A stretch of DNA of 34,876 bases, taken from assembly GCA_027451165.1 (NCBI GenBank), contig DAIDJX010000001.1, positions 1 through 34,876 of the forward strand, in the 5' to 3' direction. A model generated the notes under the pieces. That model searched no databases, was not told the DNA's origin, and worked only from the letters and a program-made list of their open reading frames with translations. Made by a program: the position numbers and the translations under genes. The stretch is from Prolixibacteraceae bacterium (GTDB taxonomy: Bacteria > Bacteroidota > Bacteroidia > Bacteroidales > Prolixibacteraceae). This document shows, piece by piece, positions 9,809 to 18,507 of this stretch (positions are counted from its first letter, which is position 1; each line of letters opens with the position of its first letter).

Positions 9809-10390
9809 CTATAACCTTTTTAATGTAAGTTTGATGACTGCTTCCACCGTGATGCCCGGATTTTCTTTCATCACTTTGCCCAGTGCAGCATCGGCATCCT
9901 TCCTGGCAAATCCCAGCATCACCAATGCTGATAACGCTTCATTCCGGATGGTATTGTCTGCCGGAATTAAAATTTGTTCCGGAAGGGCGGCTTTTCCAAC
10001 CTTGTCTTTCAGGTCGATGATGATCCGCTGGGCAGTTTTAATGCCAATGCCTTTCACCGACTTAAGCAATCCGACATTTTCTGAAGCTATGGCTGCTATA
10101 ATTTCATCTGGTGACAGGGAAGAGAGCATCATCAGCGCGGTTGCGGCGCCAACGCCATTTACCGAAAGGAGGTTCCTGAATAATTCCCGCTCCGAAGTGG
10201 TAGCAAAACCATAAAGCAGGTGGGCATCCTCCCGGATAATAAAATGGGTATAAACCTTGGCTGAAGTTGATCCTTGCAATCCGGAAAAGGTATTCAGTGA
10301 AATATGAAGAGCGTATCCGACGCCGCCGCATTGCAGGACCAGGTAGGCGGGGTTCAGTTCATCAATTTCCCCCTGAATATACTCATACAT
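9809..10390 (-). CDS. ruvA: Holliday junction branch migration protein RuvA
   Basis: GGVGY, IREDAHLLYGF, helix-hairpin-helix VNGVG and VKGIGIKTAQRIIIDLKDK, C-terminal EALSALVMLGF. Confidence 0.97.
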   Translation of the reverse strand: MYEYIQGEIDELNPAYLVLQCGGVGYALHISLNTFSGLQGSTSAKVYTHFIIREDAHLLYGFATTSERELFRNLLSVNGVGAATALMMLSSLSPDEIIAAIASENVGLLKSVKGIGIKTAQRIIIDLKDKVGKAALPEQILIPADNTIRNEALSALVMLGFARKDADAALGKVMKENPGITVEAVIKLTLKRL

Positions 10391-10401
10391 GATAGAACCA
10401 A

Positions 10402-11502
10402 TTAAAGGTTTTCGTCTTCCGCTTCTATATCAATGCTTTCATCCACCTGGTTGGGGTTGATATCGAATTTCTTCAGTGGATCTCTGGAGACTTCCCGGTA
10501 AATCTGTCTGTTCTTATATACTTCAATGGCCAGGTAAAGGGCCTGCCTGAAAGAATCGGGAGAGGCTTTATCTTCCCCGGCGATATCATAAGCAGTTCCA
10601 TGCGCAGGAGAAGTCCGGATTACTGATAATCCTGCCGTAAAATTAACCCCGCGGTCAAACGAAATCAGTTTAAACGGAATAAGGCCCTGGTCATGGTACA
10701 TGGCCAGAATGGCATCAAAGCGGGAGTAATCTCCGGAACCAAAGAAACCATCGGCAGGATAGGGCCCCAGCGCTGTAATTCCTTCATTTCTGGCCTGATC
10801 AATGGCAGGAATGATGATTTCCTGCTCTTCTTTTCCGATCAGCCCTGTATCTCCGGCATGTGGGTTCAGCCCCAGAACGGCAATTCTGGGATTGGTAACA
10901 GCAAAATCCTGAAGCAGGGTTCTTTGGATAATTCTCAATTTAGAGAGAATCTTCTTTTTGGAGAGGAGCCTGGATACATCAGATAAAGGAATATGCCCGG
11001 TAACAACCCCCACCTTCAGGTCCTCGCCGATCATCAGCATGACACTGTCATCGGCATTGAAAAAGCGGGTGAGGTAATCGGTATGACCCGGGAATTTGAA
11101 CTGTTCGCTCTGGATATTGTGCTTATTGATCGGCGCTGTGATCAGCACATCAATCCAACCTTTCTGAAGATCGCCGGCAGCCTTTTCCAGTGCAAGGAAG
11201 GAAGATTCTCCTGCCGGTTCCGTGGATTTTCCCAGTTCCACCCGGATATTTTCATCAATACAGTTGATGATATTGGCTTTATTGGGAGAAGCTTCCTGTG
11301 CATTGCGGACATGATTAAAACTCATGGTTTCAATGTTCAGGACTTTCCGGTGATATGCCGCTACTTTCGGGGAACCGTAAACAATAGGTGTGCACATTTC
11401 CAGAATATGGGGATCCATAAGGGTTTTAATGATCACTTCATACCCAATTCCATTGATATCGCCGTGCGAAATCCCCACTTTTATTTTTGTATTGTATACC
11501 AT
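10402..11502 (-). CDS. pdxA: 4-hydroxythreonine-4-phosphate dehydrogenase PdxA
   Basis: GDINGIGYEV, TAPINK, FPGHT, GLNPHAG, GPYPADGFF, AMYHDQGL, RTSPAHGTAYDIAG. Confidence 0.95.
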   Translation of the reverse strand: MVYNTKIKVGISHGDINGIGYEVIIKTLMDPHILEMCTPIVYGSPKVAAYHRKVLNIETMSFNHVRNAQEASPNKANIINCIDENIRVELGKSTEPAGESSFLALEKAAGDLQKGWIDVLITAPINKHNIQSEQFKFPGHTDYLTRFFNADDSVMLMIGEDLKVGVVTGHIPLSDVSRLLSKKKILSKLRIIQRTLLQDFAVTNPRIAVLGLNPHAGDTGLIGKEEQEIIIPAIDQARNEGITALGPYPADGFFGSGDYSRFDAILAMYHDQGLIPFKLISFDRGVNFTAGLSVIRTSPAHGTAYDIAGEDKASPDSFRQALYLAIEVYKNRQIYREVSRDPLKKFDINPNQVDESIDIEAEDENL

Positions 11503-11540
11503 TTCTGTAAGCGGTTAGTAAATAACAGAGGTGTTGCGGG

Positions 11541-11548
11541 CAAAATTA
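11541..11548 (-). promoter_or_regulatory. -7 promoter box (TAATTTTG) for pdxA-ruvA-sprA, overlapping the aminopeptidase stop codon
   Basis: Exact TAnnTTTG match 38 bp upstream of the pdxA ATG; its TAA is the stop codon of the upstream gene. Confidence 0.6.
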
Positions 11549-12973
11549 AGCTTTTATTTTAAGATTTTTCAAAAAGTTATAGAGCAGCCTGATTCCGTTG
11601 CCGGTAGCGCCTTTGGTTTTATATCCCTCTTTTTCAAAAATGTAGGCGGTTGCAGCAATATCGAGGTGTATCCATGGATAATCGGTAAAATGTTCAAGAA
11701 ATTTTCCGGCGATGATGGTCTGGCCTTCTCTGCCGCCCATGTTGGTCATGTCGGCAATGTCAGAACGGAGGGTTGCCCCGAATTCCTCCCAGAGGGGCAG
11801 CTCAATGATCCTTTCATACATGGCCTCTCCGCTTTCCATCAACGGGGTAAGATAATCACCCCTGTTGGCCATGGCCACAATACCCTGAGAACCGGCAATG
11901 ATAGAAGCCGCTCCGGTGAGCGTAGCCAGGTCGATGACCAGCATGGGATTGTACTTTTTGGCATAGCAGAGGGCATCAGCGAGTATCAGGCGGCCTTCGG
12001 CATCGGCATTTAGCACCTCTACTGTTGTTCCGCTCATCATGGTGATCACATCGCCCGGCGCCAGGGCATTGCCCCCCGGCCGGTTATCGGTGGCCGGAAC
12101 CAGTCCCACCACATGCACCGGGATGTTATTCCGGGCCAGCGCCGAAAGTACTGCAGCCACTACCGCTGCCCCGGCCATATCGCATTTCATATAATCCATT
12201 GACTTGGGTGTCGGCTTCAAACTAAGTCCTCCGGTATCATAGACAACTCCTTTCCCAACCAGAACTATAGGCTTGTTGTTGACCGGCTTCTCCGGTTTCC
12301 ACTCCATAACTGCAAAGTTCGGCGGATCAACACTGCCCTGATTGACCGCCAACAGACCGCCCATTTTTAAGGCCTCGATCTTCGGCTGGTGAAAAATCTC
12401 CACGCCAAATCCGCTCTCCTCTCCCTTACGGCTGAACTCATCGGCCATCTTTGCCGCATTTAATCCTGAAAAAGGTTCATTCACCAAATCCCGGGCCCAC
12501 CATACGGCTTCTGTCAGTTCTTTCAACTCTATCAGATCTGCATCAGAAACTCCGGAAGCAAACACGAGAATTTCCCGTAACATTAAAACATCCTTCTCTT
12601 TTTTATATTTTGAAAAGGAATAGGCTGCCAGCAGAACACCTTCGAGAAAGGCAAGGATATGCATTGGCGCAGTCGCACCTCCTACCGTAAATGATTCTAT
12701 CTTTTCCCTGCGGAGGGTTTCGATCCACACAGCTCCGGCCTTCCTGAAACTCTCCGTTACCCGGTTTGCGTCTTTGTTTGAATCCGGGGCAGCCAGAAAA
12801 AGATAATGGGGCAAGCGCTGAATCAAGAGGGTATCATTTTTCTCCGGCTTCCTTTTCCAAAGAGCGTTTTCTTCTTCGGTGAGCGCAAGGGGCAAATCCT
12901 GCAATTGGTCAAAAAGCAGGGCAATGGAAGTATTTCCAGGGATTGTTTCTATTTTTGACAGTTGAATTTTCAT
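11546..12973 (-). CDS. pepA: Leucyl aminopeptidase, peptidase family M17
   Basis: VGKGVVYDTGGLSLK, MKCDMAGAA, NADAEGRLILAD, DLATLTGA, WIHLDIA. Confidence 0.93.
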   Translation of the reverse strand: MKIQLSKIETIPGNTSIALLFDQLQDLPLALTEEENALWKRKPEKNDTLLIQRLPHYLFLAAPDSNKDANRVTESFRKAGAVWIETLRREKIESFTVGGATAPMHILAFLEGVLLAAYSFSKYKKEKDVLMLREILVFASGVSDADLIELKELTEAVWWARDLVNEPFSGLNAAKMADEFSRKGEESGFGVEIFHQPKIEALKMGGLLAVNQGSVDPPNFAVMEWKPEKPVNNKPIVLVGKGVVYDTGGLSLKPTPKSMDYMKCDMAGAAVVAAVLSALARNNIPVHVVGLVPATDNRPGGNALAPGDVITMMSGTTVEVLNADAEGRLILADALCYAKKYNPMLVIDLATLTGAASIIAGSQGIVAMANRGDYLTPLMESGEAMYERIIELPLWEEFGATLRSDIADMTNMGGREGQTIIAGKFLEHFTDYPWIHLDIAATAYIFEKEGYKTKGATGNGIRLLYNFLKNLKIKA

Positions 12974-13095
12974 GGCTGATGCGTTTGTTTACCCTTGTTA
13001 ATTCCGGGGAAACCTTCTCCGGAAGAGGGGTGTAAAGGTAACAATTTCCATGGGAGAAAGTTTCCGGCAACCATTGACCATTTAACAACAACACT

Positions 13096-14181
13096 ATGAA
13101 CAGTGATTTTTTATACCATAAGGCGACCGGGTTTGAGCCCCTTTCAACAGAGGAAGGATTGTATCTGTATGAAAACGCCCCAACCGGCGAGCTGCTGGCT
13201 GCAGCCCATGATTGCCGGCAGAAACAGGTTCCCGGAAACAAAGTTGGCTGGATCATTGACCGGAACATCAACATTACCAATGTCTGTATTTCAGGATGCC
13301 GTTTCTGCAATTTTCACTGCAAAAAAGGGGATGAAGCAGCCTATATTACCACCATTGAAGAGTATATCCCCAAAATTGAAGAGTTATTCAGGGCCGGTGG
13401 CAACCAGATTTTGCTTCAGGGGGGGATGCACCCGCAACTGGGACTCGGTTTTTACTGCGACCTCTTCCGGCAGTTGAAACACCATTTTCCTGAACTAAAG
13501 CTTCACGCACTTGGCCCTCCTGAAATTGTCTTTATTGCCAGAAAAGAACGTGCTTCTTACCGGTATGTGCTGGAAAAGCTGGTGGAAGCCGGATTGACCA
13601 GTCTGCCCGGCGCAGGCGCTGAAATTTTGTCTGACAGGGTTCGCAAAATTGTTTCTCCCGGCAAATGCAAATCTGGAGAATGGCTGGATGTGATGCGGGA
13701 AGCACACCGCATGAACCTGGTGACCTCTGCCACCATGATGTTCGGCCATATTGAAACCAAAAGGGAAAGATTGGAACACCTGGTGCAGCTCCGGGAAGTC
13801 CAGGCTGAAAAACCGGAAGGCGCCTATGGCTTTGTCTCCTTCATCCCCTGGCCGTATATGGATGAAGGCACTGCGCTGCAGAAGGAAGGCATTGTGAATA
13901 CCACCACTGCTGATGATTACCTGAGGTTGATTGCGATCAGCCGGCTGATGCTGAATAATGTCCGGAATATCCAGGCCTCCTGGCTGACAGTAGGCGCCGT
14001 AACGGCCCAGCTTTCACTGCATGGCGGAGCCAACGATATGGGTTCAGTGATGATGGAAGAGAATGTGGTTTCTGCAGCAGGAGCTCGCTATTCACTTGAT
14101 CCGTCCGGCATTCAGCAGGCCATCCGGGATGCCGGTTTTGAACCGCGCTACCGGAACCAGGCGTATGAGGACGGTCACTGA
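13096..14181 (+). CDS. mqnC: Cyclic dehypoxanthine futalosine synthase (radical SAM, CofH/MqnC family)
   Basis: DRNINITNVCISGCRFCNF (CxxxCxxC), QILLQGGMHP, SLPGAGAEIL, ATMMFGHIET, NIQASWLT, GANDMGSVMMEENVVSAAG; these motifs are closer to MqnC than MqnE. Confidence 0.88.
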   Translation: MNSDFLYHKATGFEPLSTEEGLYLYENAPTGELLAAAHDCRQKQVPGNKVGWIIDRNINITNVCISGCRFCNFHCKKGDEAAYITTIEEYIPKIEELFRAGGNQILLQGGMHPQLGLGFYCDLFRQLKHHFPELKLHALGPPEIVFIARKERASYRYVLEKLVEAGLTSLPGAGAEILSDRVRKIVSPGKCKSGEWLDVMREAHRMNLVTSATMMFGHIETKRERLEHLVQLREVQAEKPEGAYGFVSFIPWPYMDEGTALQKEGIVNTTTADDYLRLIAISRLMLNNVRNIQASWLTVGAVTAQLSLHGGANDMGSVMMEENVVSAAGARYSLDPSGIQQAIRDAGFEPRYRNQAYEDGH

Positions 14182-15365
14182 GCGAAGTCGAAGTGCCGGC
14201 CCACTTTAACAAAAGCCTCAATAGCCCTGTCGATCTGCTCTTCGGAATGGGCCGCCGAAATCTGAACCCGGATACGGGCCTTGCCCCGGGGAACCACGGG
14301 GAAAACAAACCCGATCACATAGATGCCCTCTTTGAGCAGTTCATCGGCAAAACTGATCGCTTGGGGCTCATCGTAGATCATCACGGGGATGATGGCGGTG
14401 TTTCCTTTGACCAGGTCAAAACCGGCGGCTTCCATGCCCTCCCGGAATCTTTTAGCCTTAACCATGACGCTGTTGGGCAGGGCCGGACTTTCCTCCAGCA
14501 GGTCAATGGCTTTGAGAGTTGCCCCGACGGTTGCGGGTGCGAGCGTATTGGAAAACAGGTATGGCCTCGACCGTTGGCGGAGCCACTCAATGATTTCCTT
14601 TCTTCCGGAGGTACAACCGCCATTTCCGCCCCCCATGGCCTTCCCAAATGTGGTGGTGATGATGTCTACTTTCCCCGTTAAGCCATAATACTCAGCCGTT
14701 CCACGGCCGGTAGGCCCGATGTAACCGGTGGCGTGGGAATCGTCGACCATCACCAGGGATTCGTATTTTTCGCACAAAGCCACAATCTCCGGAAGTTTGC
14801 AAATATCGCCGTCCATGGAGAATACGCCGTCGGTGACCACTACACGATAAGCAGCCTGCTGTGCTTCCTGCAGACACTTTTCCAGTTCTGCCATATCGGA
14901 ATGAGCATACCTGAACCGCTGGGCTTTGCACAACCGGACCCCGTCAATGATGGAGGCGTGGTTTAATGCATCGGAAATAATTGCACAATCTTCCCCGAGA
15001 AGAGGTTCAAAAACACCCCCGTTGGCATCAAATGCAGCACAATAGAGAATGGTATCTTCAGTTCCGAGGAACCGGGATACCCGTTCCTCCAAAGTCTTGT
15101 GGATCTGCTGTGTTCCGCAGATAAACCGCACGGAGGAGAGCCCGAATCCCCATTGCTTCATCATTTCCTGAGCTGCCTTCACCACATCCGGGTGATTGGC
15201 CAGACCAAGGTAATTGTTGGCGCAAAAATTCAGCGCCCGCTCTCCGCTAGCCAGGGTGATTTCAGCGCCCTGAGCCGATGTAATGATACGCTCCGTTTTG
15301 TATAAGCCCTGTTCTTTCAGTGATTCCAGGTTAAGCTGAAGCGCCTGCTGTAATTTTCCGTACAT
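14175..15365 (-). CDS. kbl: Glycine C-acetyltransferase (2-amino-3-ketobutyrate CoA ligase)
   Basis: NFCANNYLGLA, SVRFICGTQ, FDANGGVFE, DDSHATG, PLP lysine in TFGKAMGG, RQRSRPYLFSN, ARIRVQISAAH. Confidence 0.95.
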   Translation of the reverse strand: MYGKLQQALQLNLESLKEQGLYKTERIITSAQGAEITLASGERALNFCANNYLGLANHPDVVKAAQEMMKQWGFGLSSVRFICGTQQIHKTLEERVSRFLGTEDTILYCAAFDANGGVFEPLLGEDCAIISDALNHASIIDGVRLCKAQRFRYAHSDMAELEKCLQEAQQAAYRVVVTDGVFSMDGDICKLPEIVALCEKYESLVMVDDSHATGYIGPTGRGTAEYYGLTGKVDIITTTFGKAMGGGNGGCTSGRKEIIEWLRQRSRPYLFSNTLAPATVGATLKAIDLLEESPALPNSVMVKAKRFREGMEAAGFDLVKGNTAIIPVMIYDEPQAISFADELLKEGIYVIGFVFPVVPRGKARIRVQISAAHSEEQIDRAIEAFVKVGRHFDFAQ

Positions 15366-15398
15366 GGTAAAGTTCTTTTAAGGCAAAGTAATAAAATT

Positions 15399-15406
15399 TA
15401 TCTTTG
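15399..15406 (+). promoter_or_regulatory. -7 promoter box (TATCTTTG) for gltX
   Basis: Exact TAnnTTTG match 17 bp upstream of the gltX ATG. Confidence 0.7.
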
Positions 15407-15423
15407 CCGGCAAAATTACGCAT

Positions 15424-16953
15424 ATGTCAAACCGAAGAATCCGGGTGCGTTTTGCGCCCAGTCCGACAGGCCCGCTTCACATGGGCGGGGTCAGAACAGC
15501 CCTGTTCAACTACCTTTTTGCCCGTAAACATGGTGGTGATTTTATCCTCAGGATAGAAGATACCGACCAGACCAGGTATGTTCCGAAGGCGGAAGAATAC
15601 ATCATTGAAAGTTTAAAATGGTGCGGACTGATCCCGGATGAAGGTCCCGGTTTCGGCGGTGAATACGGCCCCTACCGTCAAAGTGAACGTAAGGAAAGGT
15701 ACGCCGGTTATGCCAGGCAACTGATTGACTCCGGATGGGCCTATTATTCCTTTGACACTCCTGAAGATCTTGACCATTTGCGGGCAGCAGCCGAAGAGAA
15801 AGGAGTTACCTTTTCCTACGACCAGCACACCCGGTTGTCACTCTGCAATTCCCTCTCCCTTTCTCCGGAAGAGGTGGAACGCCGCATCAACAGCGGACAA
15901 CCCTATGCCATACGTTTCAGAATGCCCGAAAGCCTGGACGTGACCGAGGAAGACCTGGTCAGGGGTTCCGTGACTTTTAACACCAGGGAGCTGGACGACA
16001 AGGTGTTGTTCAAATCTGATGGCATGCCCACTTATCACCTGGCCAATGTGGTGGATGATCACCTGATGGAAATCACCCATGTAATCAGGGGAGAAGAATG
16101 GCTGCCTTCGCTGCCGCTGCATGTTTTGCTATACAGGGCATTTGGCTGGGAAGCCTCCAGGCCCCGATTTTCCCATCTCCCGCTGATCCTGAAACCACAG
16201 GGAAAAGGGAAACTGAGTAAACGGGATGGCGACAAAATGGGATTCCCTGTATTCCCATTGCTCTGGAAAGATCCGGAAAGCGGGGAAAACTACCGGGGAT
16301 ACCGGGAAGACGGCTATTTTCCGGAGGCTTTCCTGAATATGCTGGCCATGCTGGGCTGGAATCCGGGAACAGAACAGGAACTCTTTACCCTGAATGAAAT
16401 GGTGGAACAGTTCAGTCTGGAACGGGTGGTGAAATCAGGCTCCCGCTTCGATCCGGAAAAGGCAAAGTGGTTCAACCGGCAATACCTTCAGAAAAAAAGC
16501 GCCCAGGAATTAGCGCGACTGGTTGTCCCCGTTCTTTATTCGAAAAACATCGACACCACCCTGGCCAAAGTGGTTGAAGTAGCCGGTGAAATTAAAGAAC
16601 GTTGTGACTTCCCGGCAGATTTCTGGGAACAGGGACATTTCTTTTTTAAAGCTCCTGAAACCTGGGACGAAAAGGCAGTGGCCAAACGCTGGAAACCCGA
16701 AACACCCGCCGAATTGCTGGCTATTGCTGCTTTACTGGAAACAATAGGGACCTGGCAGGCCCCCCTGATTAAGGAAGAATTTTCCACCTTCATGAACGAA
16801 AAAGGCTGGAATTTCGGAAACATCATGAACACCCTGCGGATTTGCCTGGTGGGTGGCACCCTGGGACCCGACCTGTTCCGGATTTTGGAAATTCTGGGAA
16901 AAACGGAAACTGTTGCACGGATCAGAACCGCCGCCGAAAAAATTAATATATGA
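15424..16953 (+). CDS. gltX: Glutamate--tRNA ligase
   Basis: RVRFAPSPTGPLHMGG (HIGH motif), LRIEDTD, YHLANVVDDHLMEITHVIRGEEW, KLSKR (KMSKS motif). Confidence 0.97.
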   Translation: MSNRRIRVRFAPSPTGPLHMGGVRTALFNYLFARKHGGDFILRIEDTDQTRYVPKAEEYIIESLKWCGLIPDEGPGFGGEYGPYRQSERKERYAGYARQLIDSGWAYYSFDTPEDLDHLRAAAEEKGVTFSYDQHTRLSLCNSLSLSPEEVERRINSGQPYAIRFRMPESLDVTEEDLVRGSVTFNTRELDDKVLFKSDGMPTYHLANVVDDHLMEITHVIRGEEWLPSLPLHVLLYRAFGWEASRPRFSHLPLILKPQGKGKLSKRDGDKMGFPVFPLLWKDPESGENYRGYREDGYFPEAFLNMLAMLGWNPGTEQELFTLNEMVEQFSLERVVKSGSRFDPEKAKWFNRQYLQKKSAQELARLVVPVLYSKNIDTTLAKVVEVAGEIKERCDFPADFWEQGHFFFKAPETWDEKAVAKRWKPETPAELLAIAALLETIGTWQAPLIKEEFSTFMNEKGWNFGNIMNTLRICLVGGTLGPDLFRILEILGKTETVARIRTAAEKINI

Positions 16954-16957
16954 TAAT

Positions 16958-16985
16958 GTTGAGACGAACGATCATGCGTCTCTGC
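16958..16985. repeat. 28-bp REP-like imperfect palindrome between convergent gltX and purF-like genes
   Basis: GTTGAGACGAACGATCATGCGTCTCTGC: GAGACG...CGTCTC arms; same length and end motifs as the copies at 24730-24787. Confidence 0.7.
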
Positions 16986-16988
16986 CGG

Positions 16989-18395
16989 TTATATTTCGCT
17001 GCTGTTATCCCAGCAATGCGTGCATAATTTTTCCTTTGGAAGACCGATGGCTGTGACCAGGTCATCCAGTCGCTGGTAGGTCAGGGTGGTCAGGTTCAGG
17101 CTTTTGCGGATCACATCGACCATCGCCTGGTGTTTCTCATGGTCGGGATTGGTGTATGCGGCCAGATCCGCTTCCTTTTCCCCTTCCAGTTTCCGGATAG
17201 CTTTCCGGGTAGCCAATTCGATGACTTTCCTGGAACGCGAAAAATTGAGGAATTCACAGGAATAAAGCAATGGCGGACAGGCAATTTTCATGTGGATTTC
17301 CCTGATTCCTGCTTCATAAAGGTCGTGGGTATTTCCCACCAGCTGAGTTCCCCGCACAATGGAATCATCACAGAAAATACCTGATTTCCCTCCGACCATC
17401 GACCGGTTGGGAATCAATTTCATTTTGGCCACCAGGTCGCGCATTTCCTGGTTAAAAGGCATAAAACTCCTGGGCCAGGTGGGAGTATACTTGGCATAAG
17501 GCCTCATGTAGGGTATGCGGCTTTCATTGCTGTACCCAATGGCATGGGCAACGCCGGAATCCGGAATGCCGGATACAAAATCGGCAGGAGTATTGCTCCG
17601 CCGGGCAAGGGCAGCCCCGCAACGGTAACGGCAATCTTCCACGTTGATGCCTTCATAGAAGGAAGGCGGATATCCGTAATAGACCCATAAAAAAGCGCAA
17701 ATCTGCATCTTTTCATCAGGCTGCCGCAAGGTTTCCACCCCGTCAGCGGTAATCCTGACAATCTCTCCCGGTCCAAGGTCCTGAAGTGATTCAAAACCAA
17801 GGTTAAAAAAGGAGCAGGATTCGGTAGCGGCGGCAAAGGCGTCAGCTTTGCGTCCGATAACTAAAGGCGTCCGGCCGACCTTGTCCCTGGCCGCAATAAT
17901 GCCCGATTCTGTCAGCAACAACAGAGAACAGGAACCTTTGACCAGCTTTTGGACATTCTCAATCCCCGAAACGATATCATCGGCTTCACAGATCATCATA
18001 GCAATCAATTCCGTGGGATTGGTGCCGCCCTGGCTGGTTTCCGCAAAATGCTGCCGCTTCTTCAGCATTCGGGCTTCCAGCTCTTCAAGGTTAATAATCC
18101 GGCTGACAGTAACGATGGCAAATTTTCCGAGGTGGGAATTGACCACAATCGGTTGCGCTTCCATATCACTGATTACACCGATACCGCTGTTTCCGGCAAA
18201 CCCTTTTATGTCTTCCTGAAATTTACTTCTGAAATAGTCGTTTTCAATGCTGTGAATAGCCCGCTGAAAACCCAGCCAGGCATTGTAAAATGCCATCCCG
18301 GCCCTTTTCGTTCCCAGATGGGAATGGTAATCTGTACCGTAAAATACATCATTAACACAACTTGATTTGCCAATGCTTCCGAAAAATCCGCTCAT
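16989..18395 (-). CDS. purF: Amidophosphoribosyltransferase-like protein (PurF family) lacking the N-terminal catalytic cysteine
   Basis: ARDKVGRTPL, GIPDSG, PRPP loop DDSIVRGTQ, Fe-S-type cysteines (QICAF, SCEF, LCTHCW); begins MSGFFG instead of MCG. Confidence 0.8.
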   Translation of the reverse strand: MSGFFGSIGKSSCVNDVFYGTDYHSHLGTKRAGMAFYNAWLGFQRAIHSIENDYFRSKFQEDIKGFAGNSGIGVISDMEAQPIVVNSHLGKFAIVTVSRIINLEELEARMLKKRQHFAETSQGGTNPTELIAMMICEADDIVSGIENVQKLVKGSCSLLLLTESGIIAARDKVGRTPLVIGRKADAFAAATESCSFFNLGFESLQDLGPGEIVRITADGVETLRQPDEKMQICAFLWVYYGYPPSFYEGINVEDCRYRCGAALARRSNTPADFVSGIPDSGVAHAIGYSNESRIPYMRPYAKYTPTWPRSFMPFNQEMRDLVAKMKLIPNRSMVGGKSGIFCDDSIVRGTQLVGNTHDLYEAGIREIHMKIACPPLLYSCEFLNFSRSRKVIELATRKAIRKLEGEKEADLAAYTNPDHEKHQAMVDVIRKSLNLTTLTYQRLDDLVTAIGLPKEKLCTHCWDNSSEI

Positions 18396-18507
18396 GTTTG
18401 TTCTGTTGGTTTATTGTTCTGCAAATGTGAGGAATGGATTTGAAAAGAAAAAACAGAATGAGTTTAAATTAATACCAACTTTGCAGCTGAAGATAAAATG
18501 ACGATCA

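Noticed and set aside
13068-13088. Weak 7-bp periodicity (CAACCAT TGACCAT TTAACAA) upstream of mqnC
   Set aside because: Only three poorly matching units; cannot be distinguished from an A/C-rich translation initiation region.
18396-18507. Cobalamin riboswitch or Zur box upstream of the CobW-like gene
   Set aside because: The gap is only about 110 bp and AT-rich, with no B12-box or convincing palindrome.
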